A DNA stretch of 32,000 nucleotides from Candidatus Methanoperedens sp. (GCA_021409285.1 JAGFND010000007.1:1-32000); one strand, 5' to 3'. Positions 9,847-18,122 are shown, numbered from the stretch's first letter. A program made the numbers and translations. The notes: generated from the sequence alone by a model not told the origin.

Positions 9847-11103
9847 TCAAGATGACAGCAATTTCCCCAGGAACTTCGTGTACATCACAAGATCCTCTAT
9901 CAATATGTTCTCGTCATCCGAATGCGTATTGCTCTGTGTTCTTCTTCCTATGCCGTAGCAGCACGCGGGCAGTCCCGTTACTTTTACCGCATAAGCCACA
10001 TCAAGGCTTCCCTGCGCACCTGCAAGGCTCACATCCCTTCCGGCCACATCATCCGCAACGCTTTTGACTTTATTCACCCATGGATGCTTCATATCAGTAA
10101 GCAATGGAGCATATATCTCATCGCAGCTCCATTTAAGGATAATATCAGGATGTTCTTTCCTGACTTTTGAAAGCGCATCAATGAATTCCTTTCTGACATC
10201 ATCGTAATTCTCTTCGGGGATGAATCTCCTGTCCCCTTTCAGCGTGCATCGATCAGGCACTACGTTCTGTTTTACTCCTCCGTTTATCATGGTTATATTC
10301 AGGACAGGCATCAGTGTCTTTATCCCGGTCATCCTGCTTATCGCCATACTTGCCGGTACTTTAGAACGCTTTTTCTCGATATTTGCCTTCAATTCCATTA
10401 ATTCATTCATGACCGGGATGGATTTCTCTATTGCGTTTATGCCAAGAAAACTGCTCCCGCTGTGATATGATCTCCCGATAACATCCACCTGCCAGTCCAC
10501 ATTCCCGTTCGAAGCTATAGTGATGTCATCGCTGTCCCCATCCATGCTCAGGAAATAATCCGCTTCAAGTTTACCCAGGTCAGCAAAATAACACAATCCC
10601 GAATAAGGCCCCATCTCTTCATCGGTTGTAAGAGCGATATTGAGGTTGAAATTCGGTTTGATATCAAGTTCTGACATCGCAGATAGCAATGTAATAAGAG
10701 CAGCAACGCCTCCCTTTGAATCAGCCACTCCGCGGCCGTATATACGCCCATCTTTAACAGTGCATTCAAAAGGCGGGACAGTCCAGTTCGGACTTGCGGG
10801 AACAACATCAAGATGCGTGTTGATCAGAAGGGTTTTTTCCGCCCCGACATCCAGTTTTGCCGATAAGTTCGCACGATCTCCCGTAAGATGCAAAAGACGG
10901 GGATTTTTCTTCTCGAATAATTCGCGAGGCATAACAATCGTCTCAACTTGAAACCCAAGTTCTTCAAGATTCCTTCCTGCAAGTTCCATGGCTCTCATGT
11001 AATTTTCACCCGGCGGCACAGCGGTCTGGATGCGTACAAGGCCATCAAGTGTTCTTATTGTCTCATCGGTTCTGGAGTCAAGATATTCTAATAACGCCTT
11101 CAT
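9847..11103 (-). CDS. M20-family metallopeptidase (ArgE/DapE-like deacylase)
   Basis: Metal-ligand blocks NTHLDVVP, GRGVADSKGG and TTDEEMG. The track ORF extends to 11172. MKALLEYLDS... (ATG at 11103) matches the usual family N-terminus and removes the overlap with the divergent GTPase gene. Confidence 0.85.
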   Translation of the reverse strand: MKALLEYLDSRTDETIRTLDGLVRIQTAVPPGENYMRAMELAGRNLEELGFQVETIVMPRELFEKKNPRLLHLTGDRANLSAKLDVGAEKTLLINTHLDVVPASPNWTVPPFECTVKDGRIYGRGVADSKGGVAALITLLSAMSELDIKPNFNLNIALTTDEEMGPYSGLCYFADLGKLEADYFLSMDGDSDDITIASNGNVDWQVDVIGRSYHSGSSFLGINAIEKSIPVMNELMELKANIEKKRSKVPASMAISRMTGIKTLMPVLNITMINGGVKQNVVPDRCTLKGDRRFIPEENYDDVRKEFIDALSKVRKEHPDIILKWSCDEIYAPLLTDMKHPWVNKVKSVADDVAGRDVSLAGAQGSLDVAYAVKVTGLPACCYGIGRRTQSNTHSDDENILIEDLVMYTKFLGKLLSS

Positions 11104-11165
11104 TATGCTTAAAAAAGTCGTTTTTACCCAAATGCTTTTTGCCTCGCTTACAGGTATTAGACCCG

Positions 11166-12257
11166 ATGGCACTGGAAGAAGACATAAGGTCTATTGAAGA
11201 AGAAATATCTAAAACGAAATACAACAAGGCTACCGAAGGTCATATCGGGCGCCTGAAGGCCAAACTTTCACGATTAAGAGACGAAGTTCAAAAAAGAGCT
11301 TCTGCAAAAACAGGCGGTGAAGGTTTTTCTGTAAGAAAATCCGGTGATGCGTCTGTTGTACTGGTAGGATTCCCATCCGTTGGCAAAAGCACGCTTCTGA
11401 ATAGTCTGACAGGAACAGAATCAGCGGTTGCTGCTTATGAATTCACCACTCTTTCAGTTGTACCAGGTACACTTACGCATAAAGGAGCCACTATCCAGAT
11501 CCTCGATGTACCCGGTATCCTGAGGGGTGCCGCTTCAGGAAGAGGTCGAGGCAAAGAAGTACTTGCGGTCGTAAGGAATGCGGATTTAGTAATAATTATG
11601 CTTGATGTTTTCCAGCTTGTCCATTATGATGTTCTTTTCCAGGAACTTTTTGAAGCTGGAATTCGAGTCAATTCAAGGCCTCCAGAAATGACGATCAGAA
11701 AAAAACCAAGAGGGGGGATAATGATCAATAGCACAGTAGATCTGGGACTTGATGAAGATACGATAAAGTCGGTAATGGGAGAATACAGGATACATAATGC
11801 AAATGTAGTGATACGTGAAAATATCAGCATCGACCAGTTAATAGATGCAATACTTGGAAACAGAAAATATATTCCTGCCGTCGTTGTGATCAATAAGATC
11901 GATCTTGCAGATGAATATGCGATAAGGGCATGTAGAGAAAAATTCCCGGAAGCACTCCTTGTTTCAGCAGACAAGAAAGTCCATATCGAAGAACTCAAGG
12001 AGAGACTTTATGAAAAACTTGGGTTTATTAGGATATTTATGAAGCCGCAGGGGAAGGCTGCCGATCTGGAAGAACCCATGATAATAAGATATGGCGCCAC
12101 GGTCGGGGATGTATGCGACAGGCTTCACCGTGATTTCAGGAAAAGGTTCAGGTATGCGCAGATATGGGGTTCATCGGCAAAACATGAAGGACAGCGTGCC
12201 GGGCTCGACCATTCCATGGAGGATAATGATATCCTGACGCTTGTGCTGAGGAAATGA
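11166..12257 (+). CDS. DRG/Rbg-type developmentally regulated GTP-binding protein (OBG-HflX-like, C-terminal TGS-like domain)
   Basis: G1 GFPSVGKST, G3 DVPG, G4 NKID. The N-terminus MALEEDIRSIEEEISKTKYNKATEGHIGRLKAKL is typical of DRG. The track ORF start at 11049 is an upstream extension overlapping the M20 gene. Confidence 0.9.
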   Translation: MALEEDIRSIEEEISKTKYNKATEGHIGRLKAKLSRLRDEVQKRASAKTGGEGFSVRKSGDASVVLVGFPSVGKSTLLNSLTGTESAVAAYEFTTLSVVPGTLTHKGATIQILDVPGILRGAASGRGRGKEVLAVVRNADLVIIMLDVFQLVHYDVLFQELFEAGIRVNSRPPEMTIRKKPRGGIMINSTVDLGLDEDTIKSVMGEYRIHNANVVIRENISIDQLIDAILGNRKYIPAVVVINKIDLADEYAIRACREKFPEALLVSADKKVHIEELKERLYEKLGFIRIFMKPQGKAADLEEPMIIRYGATVGDVCDRLHRDFRKRFRYAQIWGSSAKHEGQRAGLDHSMEDNDILTLVLRK

Positions 12258-12261
12258 TAAT

Positions 12262-12699
12262 ATGAAAACCCATGAGGGCAGATTTATTCCAGAAACCCCG
12301 CTATTAACGGTCGATGCCCTGATATTATATGAAGGAAAACTTGTCCTTATCAGGCGCCTTAACCCTCCATTCAAAGATCATTTTGCACTTCCGGGGGGAT
12401 TTGTGGAGGTGGGGGAAACAGTTGAAGCTGCGGTTGTGCGTGAAGCAAAAGAGGAAACAGGGCTTGATATAACTCTTTTGAAGATAGCAGGCGTGTATTC
12501 TGACCCTTCACGCGATCCGAGAGGCCATATTGTTTCTATTTGTTTCCTTGCAAAAGGGAGTGGAAAGCTTAAAGCAGGTTCGGATGCAAAAGATATAATG
12601 CTTTTTGGTTTGAATGAAATACCCAGAATAGCATTTGACCATAATATGATCATAGAGAACTCAAAGAGTGATATAAATGGAATTCTGTCCGAAATGTAA
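12262..12699 (+). CDS. NUDIX hydrolase
   Basis: Nudix box GGFVEVGETVEAAVVREAKEETGL (GX5EX7REUXEEXGU). The start lies 4 nt after the GTPase stop. Confidence 0.85.
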   Translation: MKTHEGRFIPETPLLTVDALILYEGKLVLIRRLNPPFKDHFALPGGFVEVGETVEAAVVREAKEETGLDITLLKIAGVYSDPSRDPRGHIVSICFLAKGSGKLKAGSDAKDIMLFGLNEIPRIAFDHNMIIENSKSDINGILSEM

Positions 12700-12979
12700 A
12701 AGCATGATGATGCCTGCAAAAAACATTTATAAATGCAGGAAATGCGGGTTTGAAAAAAATATCAAGGAAGGTTTTGTTTCAAAGACCCAAAGGAATGAAC
12801 GTGAAGTAACAGTGCTGGAACAGCGGGAGATGGGGCTTCCCACGGCTCGCCAGAGATGTGAAGATTGTGGAAATGACACAGCGTACTGGTGGCTGCGGCA
12901 GCTTCGTTCAGCAGATGAAAGTGAGGTCAGATTCTTCAGGTGCACAAAATGCGGTAAGACCTGGCGAGAGTACAATTGA
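12677..12979 (+). CDS. tfs: Transcription factor S (TFS; TFIIS / RNAP subunit M family)
   Basis: N-terminal zinc ribbon CPKC...CRKC and C-terminal zinc ribbon CEDC...CTKC. The acidic hairpin RSADESEVRFFRCTKCGKTWREY is characteristic of TFS/TFIIS domain III. Confidence 0.9.
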   Translation: MEFCPKCKSMMMPAKNIYKCRKCGFEKNIKEGFVSKTQRNEREVTVLEQREMGLPTARQRCEDCGNDTAYWWLRQLRSADESEVRFFRCTKCGKTWREYN

Positions 12980-13182
12980 TAAGCCTGAACCTGGCAAACC
13001 CATTCTGAATTATTTATTTAAACGATTAATTATTATATAACGGCCATTAAAAATCACAAATTATTTAAGGCATCAGAATAAGAGTATTGATGTGACCATA
13101 ACAGGAAAAACGGGAAAAAACGGGGTCAATTAACAAAATCAGGATAGGAACAACATAAAATGATTCCGTGAGGTAATTTAAA

Positions 13183-14139
13183 ATGTTTCCCAAAAAGAAT
13201 AGCACAGCTTTTCCATTGAAAAAGAAACTTGTATTGATCTCAATCACAATGTTTTTTCTTCTGGCCGCAATAGTCTCAGCGCAGAAGGACGTATCCTGTT
13301 ATCACTGCCATACAGGAGTTGTATCGGAATTCAGAAATAATATTCACTATCAGATGGGTTTCACATGTGAAAATTGCCACGGAGGAAATATTCAATCAAA
13401 TACCTCTGTTGTATCCGCGAATGTAATGTCAGGAGATTTTATCGGCCGCCCATCCAGGCAAGATATAACCAATGTCTGCTCAAAATGCCATGAAAAGGAA
13501 ACAAAGGATTACAAGCAGAGCATCCACTGGGAACAGATCGAAAAAGGTCATCTTGAAGCTGCGACCTGTACCGATTGCCATGGAATACATGAGATCCGCG
13601 CAGTATCTGATAACAAATCATCTTCAAACCATCAGAACAGTCCGGCCACATGTGCAAAATGCCATTCCAACAAAGAAATGATGAGCGCATGGTACTATGG
13701 TATAAAGACAGATCGGATGGACACATATAAAGAATCTTTCCACTGGAAAGCACTTGAGAACGGATATAATGTGGTGGCGACGTGCGCCGATTGTCATAAC
13801 AACCACAATACAAAATCACATGATGATCCGCAATCAAGCACATATCCGGACAACCTGCCAAAAACATGTGGAAAAGCGAACTGCCATCCTGATGTCAAAT
13901 TTGACGCAAAAATAGCAGCCGGCCTTGTCCATGATAAGGAATCACTGCATACGGGAGAACTCATATTCAACAAGACCGGAATCGACCCATTGATAAAGTC
14001 ATATTATCTTGGTCCTTTTGACCTTGCATACTGGATTGCATTATTTTTCAAGATATTGACAACAGGTGTAATAGGCGTCTTTACAGGTATGGTGCTTCTT
14101 GACCTGTTCTCGCATTTCAAGGTACAGAAGAGATGGTAG
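13183..14139 (+). CDS. Membrane-anchored multihaem c-type cytochrome (6 CXXCH + 1 CX4CH)
   Basis: Haem motifs CYHCH, CENCH, CSKCH, CTDCH, CAKCH, CADCH, plus CGKANCH. It has an N-terminal signal/anchor (LVLISITMFFLLAAIVSAQ) and a C-terminal TM helix (WIALFFKILTTGVIGVFTGMVLLDLF). GAGGT lies upstream of the ATG. Confidence 0.9.
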   Translation: MFPKKNSTAFPLKKKLVLISITMFFLLAAIVSAQKDVSCYHCHTGVVSEFRNNIHYQMGFTCENCHGGNIQSNTSVVSANVMSGDFIGRPSRQDITNVCSKCHEKETKDYKQSIHWEQIEKGHLEAATCTDCHGIHEIRAVSDNKSSSNHQNSPATCAKCHSNKEMMSAWYYGIKTDRMDTYKESFHWKALENGYNVVATCADCHNNHNTKSHDDPQSSTYPDNLPKTCGKANCHPDVKFDAKIAAGLVHDKESLHTGELIFNKTGIDPLIKSYYLGPFDLAYWIALFFKILTTGVIGVFTGMVLLDLFSHFKVQKRW

Positions 14140-14142
14140 ATC

Positions 14143-14892
14143 ATGTCCAGATCCAGGCAGATAGAAGTTACGATCACTGAGGAATTTTCAGGAGAAAATA
14201 CAATGAGTGAGGTTTATTTCAAGAGATTTACATTCAATCAACTCGTACAGCACTGGGTTATGATAGGCAGTTTCATGGTTCTTGTAGTAACTGGAATGCC
14301 GGTCAAATTCCCGGACACATGGTGGTCGCCTGTAATAATCAATATGGTTGGCGGATTTGAAATGAGGACGCAGTTGCACCATGCAGCAGGTATCGGAATG
14401 GTCATTCTTGGCCTGTGGCATGTCGGATATCATGTTTTCGTGGATAAGGAATCGCTGCTTGATCGTAAGGTGTGGCCAACAATAAAGGATGCAAAGGATT
14501 TCTGGCAGACAATATTATTCTACTTTAGAAAAGCGGAACATCCGAAATTCGGGAGATATTCATGGAAAGAGAAATTTGACTACTGGGGCGCTTTCTGGGG
14601 AATGGTAATGCTGTGCGTCACTGGACTCATAATGCTCTTCCCGTTCACTGCAATGAACTATATTCCTTATGCATATGTGCATCTTTCAACCATCATTCAT
14701 ACAGATGAAGCATTGCTTGCGACACTATTCATCTTCATAGTCCACTGGTGGAATGTCCATTACAGTCCGGAATCGTTCCCCATGTCAAAAACATGGCTTA
14801 CAGGGAACCTTTCAGAAACGCAGATGAAACATGAACATCCGCTTGAGTATGAAGAGGCAATGAGACAGATACGTGAAAAGGATGAACATTAA
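14143..14892 (+). CDS. b-type cytochrome membrane subunit (FdnI / Ni-Fe-hydrogenase cytochrome b-like)
   Basis: Four to five TM helices carry conserved-looking His residues (QHWVMIG; HHAAGIGMVILGLWHVGYH; IIHTDEALLATLFIFIVHWWNVH). The start lies 3 nt after the cytochrome c stop. The alternative start ATG 14203 has AGGAG 9 nt upstream. Confidence 0.7.
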   Translation: MSRSRQIEVTITEEFSGENTMSEVYFKRFTFNQLVQHWVMIGSFMVLVVTGMPVKFPDTWWSPVIINMVGGFEMRTQLHHAAGIGMVILGLWHVGYHVFVDKESLLDRKVWPTIKDAKDFWQTILFYFRKAEHPKFGRYSWKEKFDYWGAFWGMVMLCVTGLIMLFPFTAMNYIPYAYVHLSTIIHTDEALLATLFIFIVHWWNVHYSPESFPMSKTWLTGNLSETQMKHEHPLEYEEAMRQIREKDEH

Positions 14893-15419
14893 CACTTTCC
14901 GATCAGATGATTTTTCTTGAGGTTTTCAAATACCTCTGTTCCTTTTTTCGTCAGAATAAACTTCTTCCAGGTTCTTTTCCCGGGAGTCAGGGACTGAATC
15001 AGCCCGCGCTCTTCCAGTTCCCGCATTGCATAACTGATATTCTGCAATGATCTCTCAGTGGAATCTGCTATATCCGATGCCTGTATCATCCTCTTTTCGT
15101 GCATCATTTTTAATACGATCAGTCTTCTATCCACTCCCACAACCCACATTGATAGCCCATCTAAATTGACTACCCCCAGAATAAATAATTTAAACAGTTC
15201 TGTATTTGAATCATATGAGCATTCAAATTTATCCTGGATTTTTTCCTCTTGGGATTGCTGTTGCTGCAATGAAATACCTTCAAGGTCGACACAGGGCTTA
15301 TTAGTTTGAAATTCACTTTTTGAGGGGAGAGGCATTATGGCTACAATCGAAAATAAAACTAATGATAATATGACTACCAGGATTCGTAAGGTTTTATTAG
15401 GTCGTTCATTATCCTTCAT
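14889..15419 (-). CDS. Membrane-anchored winged-helix (MarR/ArsR-like) transcriptional regulator
   Basis: The C-terminal ~70 aa looks like a wHTH (MIQASDIADSTERSLQNISYAMRELEERGLIQSLTPGKRTWKKFILTKKGTEVFENL). There is an N-terminal TM helix (LRILVVILSLVLFSIVAIM), then a Q-rich, Cys-containing linker. Its stop codon overlaps the cytochrome b stop in a TTAA (14889-14892). Confidence 0.6.
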   Translation of the reverse strand: MKDNERPNKTLRILVVILSLVLFSIVAIMPLPSKSEFQTNKPCVDLEGISLQQQQSQEEKIQDKFECSYDSNTELFKLFILGVVNLDGLSMWVVGVDRRLIVLKMMHEKRMIQASDIADSTERSLQNISYAMRELEERGLIQSLTPGKRTWKKFILTKKGTEVFENLKKNHLIGKC

Positions 15420-15485
15420 ACTATTTACGTGAATTCTTTTTCCATCGTATTATGTTTTCCCCAATACAATCTAAATTCTTTTTAT

Positions 15486-15563
15486 CTTTAAAAATTAAAT
15501 TATCTATAATTAATAATAACTTATCACAAATTAGAAAGATTTATAATATTTAAGAATTATAGG
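15486..15563. promoter_or_regulatory. Divergent promoter cassette, copy A (between the wHTH regulator and small ORF 1)
   Basis: It contains TATAATTAATAA (15505-15516) and CACAAATTAGAAAGATTTATAA (15525-15546, a BRE/TATA-like AAAGATTTATAA). Both blocks recur at 15880-15891 and 15900-15921. Confidence 0.5.
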
Positions 15564-15618
15564 TTTATCAAACATGTTCATCGTAACATGGTGATTAATC
15601 TTTAAAAAAGGAGAATTT

Positions 15619-15729
15619 ATGGATAAATTGATTGAAATGCTCATTGGACCAGCAATGTTTTTAGTATTGGCAGGAATCTTCTATCTTGTGATAGAATTGA
15701 GAATTAGAATGCTCAAGTGTAGGGGTTAA
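15619..15729 (+). CDS. Small ORF 1: 36-aa single-TM peptide (MDKLIEMLIGPAMFLVLAGIFYLVIELRIRMLKCRG)
   Basis: Not in the track because it is under 60 aa. The ATG is preceded by TTTAAAAAAGGAG with 5-nt spacing. It lies ~70 nt downstream of the copy-A TATA-like box and has a hydrophobic core with a basic C-terminus. Confidence 0.35.
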   Translation: MDKLIEMLIGPAMFLVLAGIFYLVIELRIRMLKCRG

Positions 15730-15847
15730 TTATTCTTGCGATGAGGTTTTTAATTACCCCTGTTCCTTTTTTCGTGTATCGATTTTAATTTTTATCAGAA
15801 TACGGCCCAGCTCTGCTGCCGTTATAACGTTTGACCCTATCACCCAT
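15730..15847 (-). pseudogene. Decayed remnant of a second copy of the wHTH regulator gene
   Basis: 15733-15805 aligns with the 3' end of the intact regulator gene (14913-14958). There is an identical 16-mer CTGTTCCTTTTTTCGT at 14936-14951 and 15760-15775, followed by CAGAATA after a 20-nt insertion. The minus-strand translation gives ...RAGPYSDKN*NRYTKKGTGVIKNL versus ...ERGLIQSL..ILTKKGTEVFENL, with an in-frame stop and deletions. Confidence 0.5.
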
Positions 15848-15851
15848 TCTT

Positions 15852-15940
15852 CCTTTAAATTTAAAAGAATAAAATTATATATAATTAATAACAAGTTAGC
15901 ACAAATTAGAAAGATTTATAACATTTAGTAATTATTGACC
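15852..15940 (+). promoter_or_regulatory. Promoter cassette, copy B (drives small ORF 2 / mtrD-like operon)
   Basis: Shares a 22-nt identical core CACAAATTAGAAAGATTTATAA (15900-15921) and TATAATTAATAA (15880-15891) with copy A. The same TTTAAAAAAGGAG ribosome-binding context follows at 15986-15998. Confidence 0.5.
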
Positions 15941-16007
15941 ATTGAACAGCCATCAATAATGTTGATTCTCTATGATGATAACTGTTTAAAAAAGGAGGAA
16001 ACATTAC

Positions 16008-16166
16008 ATGAAATCTGAAATTGTATCCATTTCAAATCAAAATTTAAGAGCAGCCAAATCAGACCTTATGAATGGTATCGATAGTTTCTCACTGCTTTCA
16101 AGCATCTGGACTGAAATCAGGAACGACAGAGACAAATCAAAAATAAGGAAAAAAGGAGTGAATTGA
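16008..16166 (+). CDS. Small ORF 2: 52-aa soluble basic-tailed protein (MKSEIVSISNQNLRAAKSDLMNGIDSFSLLSSIWTEIRNDRDKSKIRKKGVN)
   Basis: Not in the track. AGGAGG lies 9 nt upstream of the ATG. Its stop at 16164-16166 is 1 nt before the ATG of the MtrD-like gene, and its own 3' end supplies the AAGGAG Shine-Dalgarno for that gene. Confidence 0.45.
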   Translation: MKSEIVSISNQNLRAAKSDLMNGIDSFSLLSSIWTEIRNDRDKSKIRKKGVN

Positions 16167-16167
16167 A

Positions 16168-16899
16168 ATGGTGGATATTTTACTACTTGATCCGACGACA
16201 TTAACAAATATACTTTTAATAGCCATCAGCGGCACTCTTATTTGCCTGGGTGTGCATTTTGTGCCGGTCGGGGGAGCCCCAGCGGCAATGGCACAGGCGA
16301 CCGGTATAGGAACAGGTACTGTGGAACTTGCGGCAGGTTCGGGACTTGTGGGTTTGATAACATCGGCTTATATGTATGCAAATGCTCCCAATCCAACAAT
16401 GGCTTTAGTACTGGCTGCAGGAGCTACAGGTTCAATGATAATGATAGCAAGCACAATGCTTGCAGGAAATTTGGTTTATGGTTATGGCGTAGGGGTGCCT
16501 TTCGCTTCTGCCCAGATTAAAAAAGACCCCATTACAGGCGAACGCCAGGATACTTATATGTCAAAAGGAACACAGGGTCAGGGAATTCCAACCATATGTT
16601 ATGTAAGCGGCATTATCGGGGCGGCGCTGGGCGGAACAGGAGGTGCTCTTATTTATTATGTTCTGATAGGTATATACGGCCAGTTGATAAGTACAACAAG
16701 TGCAGTTGCAGTTGCGGGCGTATTCACAATGGGTGTTTTCTATGTAAATGCCGTTGTTCCGTCTTATGGTGTGGGCGGAACAATAGAAGGATTCCATGAC
16801 CCCAAGTTCAGGCGGGTTCTACCAAAAGATGCTTTCACAAGTTTTCTTGTAAGTCTTGTTTTAGGTATCGTGGCAATACTGATAACAGTAGGGATGTAG
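16168..16899 (+). CDS. mtrD: MtrD-family integral membrane protein (tetrahydromethanopterin S-methyltransferase subunit D paralogue), encoded outside an mtr operon
   Basis: 243 aa, Gly/Ala-rich and polytopic. The blocks HFVPVGGAPAAMAQATGIGTGT, GQGIPTICYVSGIIGAALGG and GGTIEGFHDPKF are the ones I recognise from MtrD proteins. No mtrE/C/B/A/F/G/H flank it. Confidence 0.8.
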   Translation: MVDILLLDPTTLTNILLIAISGTLICLGVHFVPVGGAPAAMAQATGIGTGTVELAAGSGLVGLITSAYMYANAPNPTMALVLAAGATGSMIMIASTMLAGNLVYGYGVGVPFASAQIKKDPITGERQDTYMSKGTQGQGIPTICYVSGIIGAALGGTGGALIYYVLIGIYGQLISTTSAVAVAGVFTMGVFYVNAVVPSYGVGGTIEGFHDPKFRRVLPKDAFTSFLVSLVLGIVAILITVGM

Positions 16900-16926
16900 T
16901 ATTATCATCTGCGAGAAGGAGTAAAT

Positions 16927-16989
16927 ATGGTTATAGCTATAATCGCATTCGATAAGGGATCAAAATATGTTCTAAGGAGGTTACGATGA
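16927..16989 (+). CDS. Possible 20-codon micro-ORF (MVIAIIAFDKGSKYVLRRLR) coupled to the downstream transporter gene
   Basis: GGAG lies 5 nt upstream of ATG 16927. The stop TGA overlaps the ATG of the next gene (ATGA at 16986-16989). This could be coincidental, because the same stretch carries the AGGAGG SD of the downstream gene. Confidence 0.2.
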   Translation: MVIAIIAFDKGSKYVLRRLR

Positions 16990-18122
16990 GCCTTGAGTTT
17001 AGTTCAATGGTGGCAGGAGGATTAGGTATAATTTTCATTATCGTCTTGCTGGGTCCTTTTTTGACCAAAAAAATTGAACATAACCTTGAGGTATTCCTTT
17101 TCTCAATGGGCATACTGGCGGTGACGGTTAACTCTATTTTTCTGAAAGTATCATCCGAAGCTGGAGTAGCAGCAGAAGAGACTTTGCCAAACTGGAACTT
17201 GCATTTGATAGAAAAAGCACTTGTCGACCCTATCGAGATTTCGCTTGCCGTATTATTCGCAGGACTTGTTTTCCACTATGGGCGAGGGCACATCAGAAAA
17301 TTAATGGAAAAAATATTGGCCAGGATACCGCTAAAGATAGTAGTCTTTGCAGTTATCGCATTACTTGGCCTTCTCTCAAGCGTAATCACAGCCATCATCG
17401 CTGCGCTTTTGCTTGTTGAGATTGTCAGCGCATTGAGACTTGACCGCAAGACCATGGTGAACCTGACGATAATAGCATGCTTTGCCATTGGTCTTGGAGC
17501 AGCGCTTACTCCAATCGGTGAGCCTCTTTCCACGATAGTGATAAAGACAAAGATGAACGAGAGCTTCTTTTATCTTGTTGATCTGTTGGGCATATATATC
17601 ATACCCGGAGTGCTGGCATTTGGTATCATAGGTGTTTTCTTTGCTTATAGAAAAGAAATAAAAGCGCCTGCGGGAGAGATCGAAGCGACAGATGAAGGTC
17701 ATGAGAGCATAAACGATGTGCTGATCAGGGCAGCGAAAGTATATGTGTTCGTGATGGCACTTGTGCTTCTTGGAACAGGTTTTACGCCCATCATTGAGTG
17801 GTATGTTATAAAAATGTCCGGAGAAGCCCTTTACTGGGTGAATATGGTTTCAGCCATCCTTGATAATGCAACTCTTGCGGCTGCAGAGGTCGATCCTTCG
17901 ATGATCGTGCCGGGTCTGATTGATCCTGCTATCAAGATCAAGAGCGTTCTTATGGGATTGCTTGTATCAGGCGGTATGCTAATACCTGGCAATATACCAA
18001 ATATTATCTCAGCTAACAAGCTTGGGATCACAAGCAAGGAATGGGCAAGACTTGGAGTTCCTTTGGGTCTTGTAGCAATGCTGGTATTCTTTATAATTCT
18101 CTATGCGCCGAACTATATCTAA
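16986..18122 (+). CDS. Polytopic membrane protein, DUF1646-like predicted cation transporter
   Basis: 378 aa with ~10-11 hydrophobic helices. AGGAGG lies 6 nt upstream. Size, architecture and blocks such as LIPGNIPNIISANKLGITSKEWARLGVPLGL recall the archaeal DUF1646 family. That family call is from memory and needs an HMM check. Confidence 0.55.
   Translation: MSLEFSSMVAGGLGIIFIIVLLGPFLTKKIEHNLEVFLFSMGILAVTVNSIFLKVSSEAGVAAEETLPNWNLHLIEKALVDPIEISLAVLFAGLVFHYGRGHIRKLMEKILARIPLKIVVFAVIALLGLLSSVITAIIAALLLVEIVSALRLDRKTMVNLTIIACFAIGLGAALTPIGEPLSTIVIKTKMNESFFYLVDLLGIYIIPGVLAFGIIGVFFAYRKEIKAPAGEIEATDEGHESINDVLIRAAKVYVFVMALVLLGTGFTPIIEWYVIKMSGEALYWVNMVSAILDNATLAAAEVDPSMIVPGLIDPAIKIKSVLMGLLVSGGMLIPGNIPNIISANKLGITSKEWARLGVPLGLVAMLVFFIILYAPNYI

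Noticed and set aside
11049-11172. Apparent 124-nt overlap of the divergent M20 and DRG ORFs as drawn in the track
   Set aside because: Both are upstream extensions. Family-typical N-termini begin at 11103 (minus) and 11166 (plus), leaving a 62-bp divergent promoter region.
12677-12699. 23-nt overlap of the Nudix and TFS genes; considered as a mis-called start or a frameshift
   Set aside because: The first CPKC of the TFS N-terminal zinc ribbon needs the start at 12677, and the Nudix frame is open to 12699. Short overlaps are normal in compact archaeal operons.
16242-16799. Cys/Arg/Gly-rich alternative-frame ORFs (92, 67 and 78 aa) inside the MtrD-like gene
   Set aside because: They are an artefact of reading GGN/GCN-rich codons out of frame. 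The MtrD frame has clear family motifs.
15940-16985. Whether the operon leader (15940-16007) or the 16900-16985 spacer upstream of the DUF1646-like gene is a 'DUF1646 motif' Na+ riboswitch
   Set aside because: I cannot reproduce that motif's consensus from memory, and it is described from bacteria. The spacers here are short and largely taken up by SD/micro-ORF sequence. The decisive test is cmsearch with the Rfam DUF1646 model.
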